This document shows positions 1-8,909 of a stretch of 64,000 nucleotides of DNA, piece after piece; position 1 is the stretch's first letter; each line of letters opens with the position of its first letter. The stretch spans positions 1 to 64,000 of IMG/VR virus record IMGVR_UViG_3300032299_001001. The stretch is one strand, 5' to 3'. A model generated the notes under the pieces. That model was not told the DNA's origin. It did no database searches and saw nothing but the letters and a program-made list of their open reading frames with translations. This DNA is from an uncultured virus (IMG/VR IMGVR_UViG_3300032299_001001) (lineage: Duplodnaviria; Heunggongvirae; Uroviricota; Caudoviricetes). Position numbers and translations under genes: made by a program.

Positions 1-19
1 CCGGAAAGGGTGACGCGAT

Positions 20-50
20 GCCGCGGGGTTCAGTCCCCGCGGCTTCTTTA
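20..50 (+). terminator. Probable intrinsic terminator
   Basis: GCCGCGGGG-ttcagt-CCCCGCGGC 9-bp stem followed by TTCTTTA. Confidence 0.55.
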
Positions 51-161
51 TGACCACAAGTAATAGGCGCATACCCATACCCTACCACTACATATATTTG
101 ATCACATACCAACAAAGGAAACACCCACATAAACATAAAACACCGTAAGAAAGCCCAAGTG

Positions 162-329
162 ATGACAATCCACCTCACCGAAACCGCCAAACACGAACTC
201 GAACAGACCGCCCATCACTGTTCGATCCCTCCGGAGAAACTTGCCTCCCTATTTGTCGAAGACGGGTTAAGGAGTTATCGTGACTCTCGTGACGAACTCC
301 GAGACTCCCTTGACCACGAAGATAGCTAA
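162..329 (+). CDS. Small RHH-like DNA-binding protein (55 aa, not in the ORF track)
   Basis: Manual translation MTIHLTETAKHELEQTAHHCSIPPEKLASLFVEDGL...; strand-helix-helix pattern. Confidence 0.45.
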   Translation: MTIHLTETAKHELEQTAHHCSIPPEKLASLFVEDGLRSYRDSRDELRDSLDHEDS

Positions 330-468
330 CCTTCGCAACCCGAAGTTGATCCGCTCATTCGCCAGCGACCCCGAACTTGAAGACCGGCTAAAAGCTGAGT
401 CCGAAAGTTCGGGTCGCTCGATGAGCGCGGTCATCCGGCTGGCTCTGCGGAAATTCTTCGGGCTGTAG
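280..468 (+). CDS. Ribbon-helix-helix (CopG-like) regulator; start uncertain
   Basis: RSFASDPELEDRLKAESESSGRSMSAVIRLALRKF fits the CopG/RHH pattern. Confidence 0.65.
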   Translation: MTLVTNSETPLTTKIANLRNPKLIRSFASDPELEDRLKAESESSGRSMSAVIRLALRKFFGL

Positions 469-481
469 TAATAACAACATA

Positions 482-769
482 ATGACTTCGATGATCTTGG
501 AGTGTGAGTCCTTCACTGCGACTCCGCTCGAAAGTGGGAAGCTGCGCCTAGAGATCAAGGCTCCGGTCGAGCGGCCCAAGGAAACACTCGGTCCTCGCGA
601 AGCGGCTGAGAGGTTAAGCACCATCTTCGGCAAGCCAGTGCAGAAGCACTCGCTCGGATATTGGCGAGCACGCGGTCTGCCCTACACCCAAGTTGGCGAC
701 CGGAAATTTATCTACCACGAGGTCGCGATCACCCGATGGGCGCAGGGGCTTGGAACTTCGATTCTATGA
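482..769 (+). CDS. Excisionase/MerR-like HTH DNA-binding protein
   Basis: LGPREAAERL...SLGYWRARGLPYTQVGDRKFIY winged-HTH pattern. Confidence 0.65.
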   Translation: MTSMILECESFTATPLESGKLRLEIKAPVERPKETLGPREAAERLSTIFGKPVQKHSLGYWRARGLPYTQVGDRKFIYHEVAITRWAQGLGTSIL

Positions 770-1221
770 ACTCCAGGCAAAAAGGAAAACGGGTCGAGCG
801 CCTTTGGCGCGACCAACTTCGCGAGGCAGGATTCCTCAAGTCGTTCCGCGGTCAGCAGTATTGCGGTGCGGCCGGCAATGCCGATGTTGTTTGTCCTGAA
901 TTGCCGTCGCTGCACTTCGAAGTGAAGGGAGTGCAGAACTTGAACGTGCTCGCCGCGATGAAGCAGGCGAGCAATGACGCCGGGGATAAGACACCCGTCG
1001 TCGCGCACAAGAAAAACGGCGAGCCCTGGCTCGTCACCATGCTCGCCGCTGATTGGCTTCGTCTCGTGAACGACTCCGATTGGGTCAGTCCAGCAGACTC
1101 CCCAGCAACTCCCGATTCCGTTCAGCCCGCCGTTCTCTATTCGACCGGATTCGTTCCATCACCGCGTCTGATTGATCGGACGAGTAGTAGTAGCGATTGC
1201 CCTGTTTCTGAACATACGTGA
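766..1221 (+). CDS. Holliday junction resolvase-like PD-(D/E)XK nuclease
   Basis: MNSRQKGKRVER...ADVV...HFEVK...PVVAHKKNGEPW; ATG at 766 overlaps the upstream stop. Confidence 0.75.
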   Translation: MNSRQKGKRVERLWRDQLREAGFLKSFRGQQYCGAAGNADVVCPELPSLHFEVKGVQNLNVLAAMKQASNDAGDKTPVVAHKKNGEPWLVTMLAADWLRLVNDSDWVSPADSPATPDSVQPAVLYSTGFVPSPRLIDRTSSSSDCPVSEHT

Positions 1222-1327
1222 TCCCGTTCGGAGTATTCAGGTCGATCACGTAAAAGTTCCTGTCGCCAGCTAATGCGGTTCCCGTAAGGAGACCCGCTAC
1301 AAGTATTGAGTTAATAATTTTCATCAT
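1085..1327 (-). CDS. Small exported protein antisense to the replication module
   Basis: Signal-peptide-like N-terminus MKIINSILVAGLLTGTALA. Confidence 0.5.
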   Translation of the reverse strand: MMKIINSILVAGLLTGTALAGDRNFYVIDLNTPNGITYVQKQGNRYYYSSDQSDAVMERIRSNRERRAERNRELLGSLLD

Positions 1328-1344
1328 TAGGTAAGACTCAGCAC

Positions 1345-3756
1345 ATGCCCACAGCGTTCAAACTCTTCCCATACCAAGAAAAAGCGGTAGCCGAACACCT
1401 CCGGATTCTGGACTCGGTCGGGGCGTCACTCGACGGGACCGGGTGCGGAGGCGGGAAAACGGTCATCGCGAGTGCCCTTGCTGCACGATATGCGTTAAAA
1501 GTGTGCGTTGTATGTCCTAAATCGGTGATTTTGAAATGGACAGAAACCCTGTCCAGCTTCGGGGTGAACCCCCTATTTGTCCTTAATCCCGAAAAGTTAC
1601 GGGTCGGGAACACGCCCTGGCTTAAAAAGACTTCCAAAGGAGGGAAGAAGGTCGCCTTCGAGTGGCAGCTTCCCGAGCGGTGCCTTTTGATTTTCGACGA
1701 AACGCACATGTTCGGGGCCTATAACAGCCAGAACGGGAAGATGCTCGAATCCGCTGCGGGGAACCATGCCGTCCTGATGTTGAGTGCCACGGCCGCAGAA
1801 TCCCCGCTCAAGATGAAGGCGATCGGGGTCAACCTCCGGCTGTTCACGGGCGGCTACTTCTGGAAGTGGGTGCGCGAGATGGGGGCCGAGGAAGGGCGCT
1901 GGGGTGGCCTTGAGTGGAATCCCCGCCGGCCGGAGAACAAGGAGAAGATGGAGCGGCTCCACCATTCGGTATTCGCGAATAGAGGATATCGGGTTTCCGA
2001 GGAGGAGCTACGCGAGCAGTTGCCGGATCTCATGCTCTCCGATGAGCCCCTTTGGCTCTCAGATAAAGACCGCGCTACTGTAAAGGCGCTTTATGACGAA
2101 ATGGCTGATCCGGATGATCCGGGCGGTGTCAAAAACCTCCGGCAGCGCCAAGCCCTTGAAACGGTCAAGGTCGCGTATCTGGTGGAGCGTGCCCAGGAGA
2201 TCGTCGAATCAGGCGGGTCGGTGGTCCTCTTCCTAAATTTCCATGAATCCATCGACCAAGCACGGAAGCTCCTCGAAGACGCGGGTGTCATCGACGGACG
2301 AGAAACGGCCAAAGCCCGAGCGGAAACCCAACGCCGGTTCCAAGAAAACGAACTTCGGTGTGTCATCGTCCAGATCGCGGCGGGTGGCCAATCCATCGAC
2401 CTACACGACGTGGTCGGAGAGTTCCCACGAGTTGCACTTATTTGTCCCCAGTTCTCCGGCCTTGTGGAGGAACAGGCTCTTGGACGGATACGACGGGTCG
2501 GGGCCAAGTCTCGCGCACTCGCTTTAAGGCTCTACGCACCTGGCACCGTGGAGCAGGGAGCCCTGCGTCTGACCGAGGAAAAACGGGAGAATGTAGGAAT
2601 TTTGAATGCAGGGAAAAATAATTTGAACAATGGGGTGGGTACCCCGGTCTCATCTTCCATGTTGGTAATAACGCCATCAACGGAAGAGAGGTTGCACAGC
2701 GAACACTCGCCCTCCTCACTCAAAGAGAAAGCTAAATGCCCAGGATTCCGCAACGACCAAACTCGCGACAAGACCGCCGCAAACCGCGGAAATCTAGGTC
2801 ACCTCGCGACGGAAAAAGAGAACCTCGACATGATTCCGCCGGACGACCCGAAGCTGCGCGAAGCCGTCGAGATGTGCTTGCGTTATCTGTCGGCTCTCCG
2901 CAAGCCCCTCGTAAACGCTCGGGAGCTTCGGGAGCAGCGATACAACATGCTCGACCAGTTCGGGCACGTCGACCACATCATCCTGCACGGCGACAAAGCC
3001 GAGTTGGTCGATTACAAGTTTGCCTTCGGGGAATACGTAGCGGATTCGCCGCAGTTCTGGGCCTATGCCGTCGGGTTGTGGGATGCCCATCCTGAAGTCG
3101 AACAACTGACTGTTCATGTCCTTTTACCTTTCCGGGGGGTCATAGACCGCGAAACGTGGTCCCGGGAAAAAGACTACGATCGTCTGTCAGCGCAAACTGC
3201 CGCCATCATCGCTTCGGCGAGGCGGGATGACCCCTCGACCTATTTAACAGGGGCACACTGCGCTTGGTGCGCCCGCCAAGCCAGTTGCCCGAAACTTTCG
3301 TCTTTGGCCCTGACCATCGCGTCTGAATATAAGGCCGACGAACTCACGCTGCCGGCGCAATACGATCCGGCCAACATCTTTGACCCGCACGTTATTGCGT
3401 TCGCCAAGAAGGCAGCGCCGATCATGCGGTCATGGGCCGATAAGGTCGACGCCCGCGCTCTCGAAATGCGGATGCAAGAAGGAATCGAAATTCCTGGGTT
3501 CGAACTCGCCGAGCGGAAATCCCCTTTCAAGATCACCAACGCCCAAGCCGCGTGGGAGACGGTCAAAGATCAAATTACCCCTGAAGCCTTCGCCGCCTGC
3601 GCCGAGGTCAAGATCGGGGAACTGGAGAAAGCCATCGCACGGACCGCCAAGCGCGGCGAGATGGCCCGCTCCAAAGAACAACTTCGTGACGCATTGGTAG
3701 ACGCCGATGCGGCCAAGTCCGAGGGGACTTATCACTACCTGAAGAAAACCAAGTAA
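1345..3756 (+). CDS. SF2 (SNF2-like) helicase fused to a Cas4-like PD-(D/E)XK exonuclease (DUF2800-like)
   Basis: GCGGGKT, DETH, SAT and QALGRIRR motifs; C-terminal HSPSS..CPG, GHVD, DYK and HCAWC..CP. Confidence 0.8.
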   Translation: MPTAFKLFPYQEKAVAEHLRILDSVGASLDGTGCGGGKTVIASALAARYALKVCVVCPKSVILKWTETLSSFGVNPLFVLNPEKLRVGNTPWLKKTSKGGKKVAFEWQLPERCLLIFDETHMFGAYNSQNGKMLESAAGNHAVLMLSATAAESPLKMKAIGVNLRLFTGGYFWKWVREMGAEEGRWGGLEWNPRRPENKEKMERLHHSVFANRGYRVSEEELREQLPDLMLSDEPLWLSDKDRATVKALYDEMADPDDPGGVKNLRQRQALETVKVAYLVERAQEIVESGGSVVLFLNFHESIDQARKLLEDAGVIDGRETAKARAETQRRFQENELRCVIVQIAAGGQSIDLHDVVGEFPRVALICPQFSGLVEEQALGRIRRVGAKSRALALRLYAPGTVEQGALRLTEEKRENVGILNAGKNNLNNGVGTPVSSSMLVITPSTEERLHSEHSPSSLKEKAKCPGFRNDQTRDKTAANRGNLGHLATEKENLDMIPPDDPKLREAVEMCLRYLSALRKPLVNARELREQRYNMLDQFGHVDHIILHGDKAELVDYKFAFGEYVADSPQFWAYAVGLWDAHPEVEQLTVHVLLPFRGVIDRETWSREKDYDRLSAQTAAIIASARRDDPSTYLTGAHCAWCARQASCPKLSSLALTIASEYKADELTLPAQYDPANIFDPHVIAFAKKAAPIMRSWADKVDARALEMRMQEGIEIPGFELAERKSPFKITNAQAAWETVKDQITPEAFAACAEVKIGELEKAIARTAKRGEMARSKEQLRDALVDADAAKSEGTYHYLKKTK

Positions 3757-3774
3757 TAACGCCACATACCAATT

Positions 3775-4533
3775 ATGGGAAAAGTATCGTTTGAAGAGGC
3801 CGTTGAGGCCCAAGTCATCGAGGAAGTCAGCAACAAAGCCGTTGCCGTCCGCCCCGAATCGCAGGTCGCCATCATGGGCGAGGACCAAGCAAAAGGAATC
3901 TACGGAGAGTTCGGAGCCGACGACATCAAGTTGCCCCGCCTTAACCTCGTCAACAAAGTCGGCGATCTGTCGAACTTGTTCACACCGGGCACTTATGTTC
4001 TCAACAAAGAACACCAGATCAACGACATCGATCCGAAGAACAAGGGCGCGGCCGTTCCGCTCAAAGTCATCGCCGTTCGTCTGAAGGTCGAATACCAAGA
4101 GTCGCTACCCTACGATCCGGACGTTCGTCCCCGCGTCTTCCAAACGGCCGAGGAAGTTCGGCTGGCCGGTGGCCGCGTCGATTACGGTCGCAAGGAAGGC
4201 ATCTTTGCCAAGGTCGGCCACATCGAGTTCTTGATCCAAGAGCCCGAGACACTTTCGGAAGAAGCGGCTACGTCATTCTTCTACGTGCTCGGTGAAAAAC
4301 GCTACGCACGGGTGATTTTTACCGCGTCGTCGACCGCCTACGCCGAGACCGCAGCGATCCTCTACAACGACTATCGCGTCGGGCATCTCAACAAGACGGG
4401 CCTCTTCGGCGGCTTCTACTCGCTCGGGTCGAAGTTGAAGACCGGAGACAAAGGAACGTGGTGGATTCCGTCGATGAAGACGGCCGGCGAAGTTCCCGCG
4501 GAACTGCAAGCCGAGATCAAAGGACTCCTCTAA
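3775..4533 (+). CDS. Putative ssDNA-binding/recombination protein
   Basis: DIKLPRLNLV...PG motif; position between the nuclease and polymerase genes. Confidence 0.5.
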   Translation: MGKVSFEEAVEAQVIEEVSNKAVAVRPESQVAIMGEDQAKGIYGEFGADDIKLPRLNLVNKVGDLSNLFTPGTYVLNKEHQINDIDPKNKGAAVPLKVIAVRLKVEYQESLPYDPDVRPRVFQTAEEVRLAGGRVDYGRKEGIFAKVGHIEFLIQEPETLSEEAATSFFYVLGEKRYARVIFTASSTAYAETAAILYNDYRVGHLNKTGLFGGFYSLGSKLKTGDKGTWWIPSMKTAGEVPAELQAEIKGLL

Positions 4534-4605
4534 TGCATTTCCCCGGTGGGAGGTTTTCGGCCGCTCGTGGGCCACGGGTTCTTCCTCCCGCCGGGGACCA
4601 CTTTT

Positions 4606-4932
4606 ATGGATACAAATACTGAAGTTCTAACTTACGTCGAGAAGACGGCCGAGGCTCTCGGCATCCAGACCGAAATGGGGCGCAAAGCCTTCCGGTCTTT
4701 CTGTGAGGCTGCTGTTCTCCTCGACACCAAACAGCGCGATTACGGTAGCGCAAACATCTCGGCATTCGGTGAGCGCGGCATCGTCGTTCGCATGAACGAC
4801 AAGGTCGAACGATTGAAAACGCTCGTCTGGAATGACCGTTCGCCGGAGCATGAAAAGGTCAGTGATACGTGGTTGGACATCACCAACTACGGAGTCATCG
4901 GCCTGCTCTGCCACCGCCAAGAGTGGAAATGA
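4606..4932 (+). CDS. Nucleotide-modification-associated domain protein (DUF1599/Nmad1-like)
   Basis: KQRDYG..NI...GIVVRMNDKVERL...DTWLDITNYGVI. Confidence 0.7.
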   Translation: MDTNTEVLTYVEKTAEALGIQTEMGRKAFRSFCEAAVLLDTKQRDYGSANISAFGERGIVVRMNDKVERLKTLVWNDRSPEHEKVSDTWLDITNYGVIGLLCHRQEWK

Positions 4933-5018
4933 TCCCGATCGTCGGACTATTCGTATCTTGGGTCGGTCTATTCGGATTCGGAGCATGGCTCGCCGCCAAG
5001 GGAGGAGACGCTAAATGA
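4929..5018 (+). CDS. Small membrane peptide (29 aa)
   Basis: MIPIVGLFVSWVGLFGFGAWLAAKGGDAK; ATGA overlaps at both ends. Confidence 0.45.
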   Translation: MIPIVGLFVSWVGLFGFGAWLAAKGGDAK

Positions 5019-5287
5019 GAACCTACACCGTCGTTATCGACGAGGACGTTCCTCTTGCCGACAAGAAACCCGGCGAACAGTCGCGGTATCAGCACCCGCT
5101 CTCTTACCTGCTAGGCAATCTGAACGTCGGCGACTCGTTCATGTATCCGGCTTCGACACACGAACACTTCAACGGACTGCGCTCGATCGCTCACAGCATC
5201 GGCCGGCGTGGCAAGAAGAAGTTCGCGACCCGAGTCGTCACCGATGGTGAAGGCGTGGATCGGCTTCGCTTCTGGAGGTTACAATGA
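5015..5287 (+). CDS. Small phage protein (GDSF-motif family, probably DNA-binding)
   Basis: LNVGDSF...KKFATR...RFWR. Confidence 0.55.
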   Translation: MRTYTVVIDEDVPLADKKPGEQSRYQHPLSYLLGNLNVGDSFMYPASTHEHFNGLRSIAHSIGRRGKKKFATRVVTDGEGVDRLRFWRLQ

Positions 5288-5409
5288 ACCCCGAAGGATT
5301 CTTTCTTGTCGGGATGGGCTTCGGGCTGCTGCTCGGCGGGCTCTCAACCTACGGAGCGATGTTCGCCTGGGCTATCAAACGCGGGAGGGAAGACGACGAT
5401 GCCGAGTGA
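5284..5409 (+). CDS. Small membrane protein (41 aa)
   Basis: MNPEGFFLVGMGFGLLLGGLSTYGAMFAWAIKR; ATGA coupling to the upstream gene. Confidence 0.45.
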   Translation: MNPEGFFLVGMGFGLLLGGLSTYGAMFAWAIKRGREDDDAE

Positions 5410-5572
5410 TCCCGATCAAGACCGCGACGAGGCGCAAGGGATGGACGCTGAAGAGGCTCACTACTGGGCCAGACGCAGCGACCCAATGGAAGAGTATTGC
5501 GAATACTGCGAAGGCTTCTACGGCGAGTGCGAGTGCGAAGAAAAGCGTGAAGCGGCCAAGGAGGAAGAATGA
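5399..5572 (+). CDS. Acidic Cys-cluster hypothetical protein
   Basis: YCEYCEGFYGECECEE. Confidence 0.4.
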   Translation: MPSDPDQDRDEAQGMDAEEAHYWARRSDPMEEYCEYCEGFYGECECEEKREAAKEEE

Positions 5573-5575
5573 GTT

Positions 5576-5833
5576 ATGCCGCACGTTTCGGAGAATCTCG
5601 CTTACGGCCGAGCTTGTTTACGGAAGCGGCCGTTCGAATCCAAGGAAGCGGCATCAGCCGAACGGTCGGAAGATTTCAGGGTTTATCGATGCCAATACTG
5701 CAACAAGTGGCACCGATCCTCACGACCCCACCTCAAACAACGACTACTCGCGCAGAAAAATCGCAGGCGAACGGAGGTGCGGGTCAAAGCCCTGCGAAAA
5801 CGGGCGATTCTGAAACAATTCTATGAACACTGA
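5576..5833 (+). CDS. Zn-finger-like hypothetical protein
   Basis: C..KRPFES...YRCQYCNKWH. Confidence 0.55.
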   Translation: MPHVSENLAYGRACLRKRPFESKEAASAERSEDFRVYRCQYCNKWHRSSRPHLKQRLLAQKNRRRTEVRVKALRKRAILKQFYEH

Positions 5834-6014
5834 CTACACCATCGGTCGCATCAATTTCGGACCGCGTGACTCTTTTACAACGCTCGGACAACTGATCGAC
5901 GAGATCGCCGCCCAAGAGGAACTAGTCGAAGACCTCTGCGTCTTCGCAGGGAATCAACTAACTGAAATCATTTGGGCGCAAGACCACATGCCCGTGGAGG
6001 TTTACGAGCTATGA
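5823..6014 (+). CDS. Hypothetical protein
   Basis: ORF overlapping both neighbours in operon order. Confidence 0.45.
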   Translation: MNTDYTIGRINFGPRDSFTTLGQLIDEIAAQEELVEDLCVFAGNQLTEIIWAQDHMPVEVYEL

Positions 6015-6496
6015 CTTCGCCGGGGGAGACCACTACATCAAACAACCCGTCTGGGGAGGCGGGGCGTCAACTAGTCCTCCCCCGGCACCCTTCTGTCGCG
6101 ATCGACTTCGAGTCCTACTATGACAAGGACATTAGCGTCACCACTATGGGCGCTTGGAAGTATGCTCGCGAAACCGACATCTATATGGTCGCGATGTATT
6201 TCGACGACGGGACTTGTTTCGTCGGTGCGCCGATCGATGCCCCGTGGCTGCGCTGCCACAAGCGTGACTGGATCATGCACAACGCGGCCTTCGATCTGAC
6301 GCTCTACGAGGCGCTCGCCGAGAAGAAATGGGTCACCCGCGTGGAGCCGCGCTACGTCTTCGATACAGCCGACCTCGCTGCCTACCTCGGCTACCCCAGG
6401 TCGCTCAAAGAAGCAGCTAAACATCTCCTCGGGATCGAGATGAGCAAATCCACCCGAGACAACATGAAAGGAATGAAGTGGACCAAGGACTCTTAA
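6011..6496 (+). CDS. DNA polymerase family A, N-terminal 3'-5' exonuclease part (split gene)
   Basis: ExoI AIDFESYY and ExoII HNAAFD present; ORF stops before ExoIII. Confidence 0.8.
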   Translation: MTSPGETTTSNNPSGEAGRQLVLPRHPSVAIDFESYYDKDISVTTMGAWKYARETDIYMVAMYFDDGTCFVGAPIDAPWLRCHKRDWIMHNAAFDLTLYEALAEKKWVTRVEPRYVFDTADLAAYLGYPRSLKEAAKHLLGIEMSKSTRDNMKGMKWTKDS

Positions 6497-6681
6497 AAGT
6501 ATTCCAAGCCATCTCCGGATGGCGCACACCCGAAGAATTCGGCCACGAGAACGATGGCTATGTCACGTTCGAGGAAGACCGCAAAACCCACTGCCGTTCG
6601 GCTTTCTTCTGGAAAGCGGACTACTCCCACGAGCATCTCAACGCGATGTGGCTGGGCGGGCAGACATTTGTGAAGCGATGA
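6478..6681 (+). CDS. Hypothetical protein between the polymerase halves
   Basis: ORF chained to the next gene by an ATGA overlap. Confidence 0.4.
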   Translation: MDQGLLKVFQAISGWRTPEEFGHENDGYVTFEEDRKTHCRSAFFWKADYSHEHLNAMWLGGQTFVKR

Positions 6682-6884
6682 AATGGACGACGAACAAACC
6701 GCCCGAGGCGAATCTCGGCGATACCCGACAAGTGACCAGATTCCTCTGGTTCCCAAAGGAAATGGCTGGAACTTGGCGGTGGCTGGAGACGGCCACTTGG
6801 GAACAAGTCTACGTCCTCAAGCCGATGAGCGACTGGCTCTACCTCGGCTGGTGGGATGTCTACGAGAAGGGATGGATTAAATGA
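6678..6884 (+). CDS. Trp-rich hypothetical protein
   Basis: MKWTTNKP...RFLWFPK...WRWLE. Confidence 0.55.
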   Translation: MKWTTNKPPEANLGDTRQVTRFLWFPKEMAGTWRWLETATWEQVYVLKPMSDWLYLGWWDVYEKGWIK

Positions 6885-7291
6885 GCGACCACCCCCACAC
6901 ACGAGAAGCCATCGAGCGGTGGCGGCAGGGCAAGACTAATGTCTTCGACGCGCTGGCCGAGTTTGAGGATCAGCGAGATGCCGCTCAAGCCGAGTGCTTA
7001 GAACAGGCCCGGTTGCTTGGGATGAGCGCGGAGCGGGAAGCAGACCTGCGATCGAAGCTGGAAAGTATTCGTAAAGGATACCAAGGCACTTGTTATGCCT
7101 GTGAGCCCGCCGCCGAACTAAATCAGGAATACCGGGACACCGTCCGTGAACTAATCCGGCTATTGGAGATCGAGGAGGAGTCGGACAGTGGAACCGTCTT
7201 TAGACCCAACAAGATTTCTTCCTGCCGCGTCATGGACGGGATGCAGATGAACCAATGTCTCAAGACCTTAAAGGAGTTATCTGAACAATGA
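6881..7291 (+). CDS. Hypothetical coiled-coil protein
   Basis: ECLEQARLLGMSAEREADL and CYACE motifs; ATGA overlaps. Confidence 0.55.
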   Translation: MSDHPHTREAIERWRQGKTNVFDALAEFEDQRDAAQAECLEQARLLGMSAEREADLRSKLESIRKGYQGTCYACEPAAELNQEYRDTVRELIRLLEIEEESDSGTVFRPNKISSCRVMDGMQMNQCLKTLKELSEQ

Positions 7292-7530
7292 GCTACGGAC
7301 TGAAAGATGGGTCTGTCGTGCAACGAACAGCCACCAACCAAGCAAAACAACGCCACGGTATGCCGAAGATCGAGCGCCTCGTTAAGCAGGGCCGGCTCAT
7401 CCCGATCATCGCGAAGTCGGGCGACGACCTGGCCCTCATCGGCTACCGCCGCAAGACGACCAGCCGGAAAGCCAACCAACGGCCGATCCTGCTACCAAGA
7501 CCCTTTGTATTGAAGAAGCCCGATGCCTAA
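7288..7530 (+). CDS. Basic hypothetical protein
   Basis: ATGA-coupled ORF overlapping the polymerase start. Confidence 0.5.
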   Translation: MSYGLKDGSVVQRTATNQAKQRHGMPKIERLVKQGRLIPIIAKSGDDLALIGYRRKTTSRKANQRPILLPRPFVLKKPDA

Positions 7531-8899
7531 ATCCCCTTACATGACCGACGACTTCAAAAAAGAAGTCAAACACTACGCGCTGCAAGATACCAAAGCGACA
7601 TTCGATCTTTGGGAGAAGCACGGCCATAAGATGCCGATGGATGAATTGTTCATCTCGCAGATCACTCGTGAGATGGGAATGCGCGGGGTGCCGGTCAACA
7701 TGGACCGGCTGATCGAGGCGCGGGATAAACTCATCTTGGAGAAGCGCCGTGCCGAAGCCCTGCTTCCGTGGATCGGTGGCGAGTATCCCCCGCTCTCGCT
7801 GCAAGCGATCCGCGACCAGTGTGAGAAAGAAGGTATCCGGGCTCCCAAGTCTTTTGCCGAGAAGGATCCCGAAGGCGCGGCATGGGAGGCAGAGTTCGCC
7901 GACAAATTTCCTTGGGTGCGGGCGGTGCGAGATTACCGCAAAGCGAATAAACATCTGAACACGGTGACCACGATGATCGCCCGCACCCGCCCCGATGGGC
8001 GTATGCCGTATGAGCTTAAATACTTCGGCGCGACGACCGGACGTGATTCCGGTGGCGGGGGCTGGAACTGTCAGAACATCCCGAAGGGTGAAGTAGCCGG
8101 CGTCGATATCCGCAAACTCATCGAGGCCCCAGAAGGTAAGACGCTCGTCATCTGTGACCTTGCCCAGATCGAAGCACGCTGCCTCCCCTACCTCGCCAAA
8201 GACACTGAGCTTCTCAATCTGATCGCCAGCGGCGTCGACATCTATGAGGCCCACGCTCGTGCGACGATGGGCTACAACGATCCGCGTCCGCTCAAGGAAG
8301 TGGATCCAAAGATGCGCTTTCTCGCCAAGGCCCGCGTCCTGGGTCTCGGCTATGGTTGCGGCCCCGCGAAGTTTGTCGTGGTCGCCAAGATGCTGGCCGG
8401 ACTCGACATTAGTTTCGAAGAAGCGCAACAGATTGTGCAGTCGTATCGCGAGGCCAGTCCGAAGATCATCGCGCTGTGGAAGAAGCTCGACCGGGCGCTG
8501 CGGATCTCCACCGACCCGAATGACCGCGAACTGACCATCCCCCTACCCTCCGGCCGCGAACTCGTCTACCGACAGATCAAGCGCCACAACGGCGAGATCA
8601 CCGGACTCCTGCCCCGTCTCGGCAAAATGATGGAGGTCAAACTTTACGGCGGATTACTCGCTGAAAATGCCACTCAGGCATTCGCCCGCGATGTCTTCAT
8701 GGATCGGTGCATCGCGCTGGAAGACGCTGGTTATGAAATTTTGCTAAGAGTCCACGACGAAGTAGTTTTGCTGGTGGACGAATCCGACGCCGAAGCCCAT
8801 CGCCAAGCCGTCGAGAAAATCATGTGCACACCGCCCTCGTGGTGTAGCGACCTCCCCCTCGGAGCCGAAGCGATCATCTCTAAACAATATACCAAGTAA
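7523..8899 (+). CDS. DNA polymerase family A, ExoIII plus polymerase domain
   Basis: YALQD (ExoIII), TGRDSG, motif A DLAQIEAR, motif B RFLAKARVLGLGYG, motif C VHDE. Confidence 0.92.
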   Translation: MPKSPYMTDDFKKEVKHYALQDTKATFDLWEKHGHKMPMDELFISQITREMGMRGVPVNMDRLIEARDKLILEKRRAEALLPWIGGEYPPLSLQAIRDQCEKEGIRAPKSFAEKDPEGAAWEAEFADKFPWVRAVRDYRKANKHLNTVTTMIARTRPDGRMPYELKYFGATTGRDSGGGGWNCQNIPKGEVAGVDIRKLIEAPEGKTLVICDLAQIEARCLPYLAKDTELLNLIASGVDIYEAHARATMGYNDPRPLKEVDPKMRFLAKARVLGLGYGCGPAKFVVVAKMLAGLDISFEEAQQIVQSYREASPKIIALWKKLDRALRISTDPNDRELTIPLPSGRELVYRQIKRHNGEITGLLPRLGKMMEVKLYGGLLAENATQAFARDVFMDRCIALEDAGYEILLRVHDEVVLLVDESDAEAHRQAVEKIMCTPPSWCSDLPLGAEAIISKQYTK

Positions 8900-8909
8900 T
8901 AACGCCTTA

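Noticed and set aside
6485..6500. GGACTCTTAA at the polymerase break resembling the cassette repeat core
   Set aside because: Only CTCTTAA (7 nt) matches and there is no partner site at the other end of the insertion.
6497..7522. Group I intron or intein in the DNA polymerase
   Set aside because: The gap is filled by four coupled ordinary ORFs; I could not see intron core elements, a homing endonuclease or intein splice residues. Not excluded without a covariance search.
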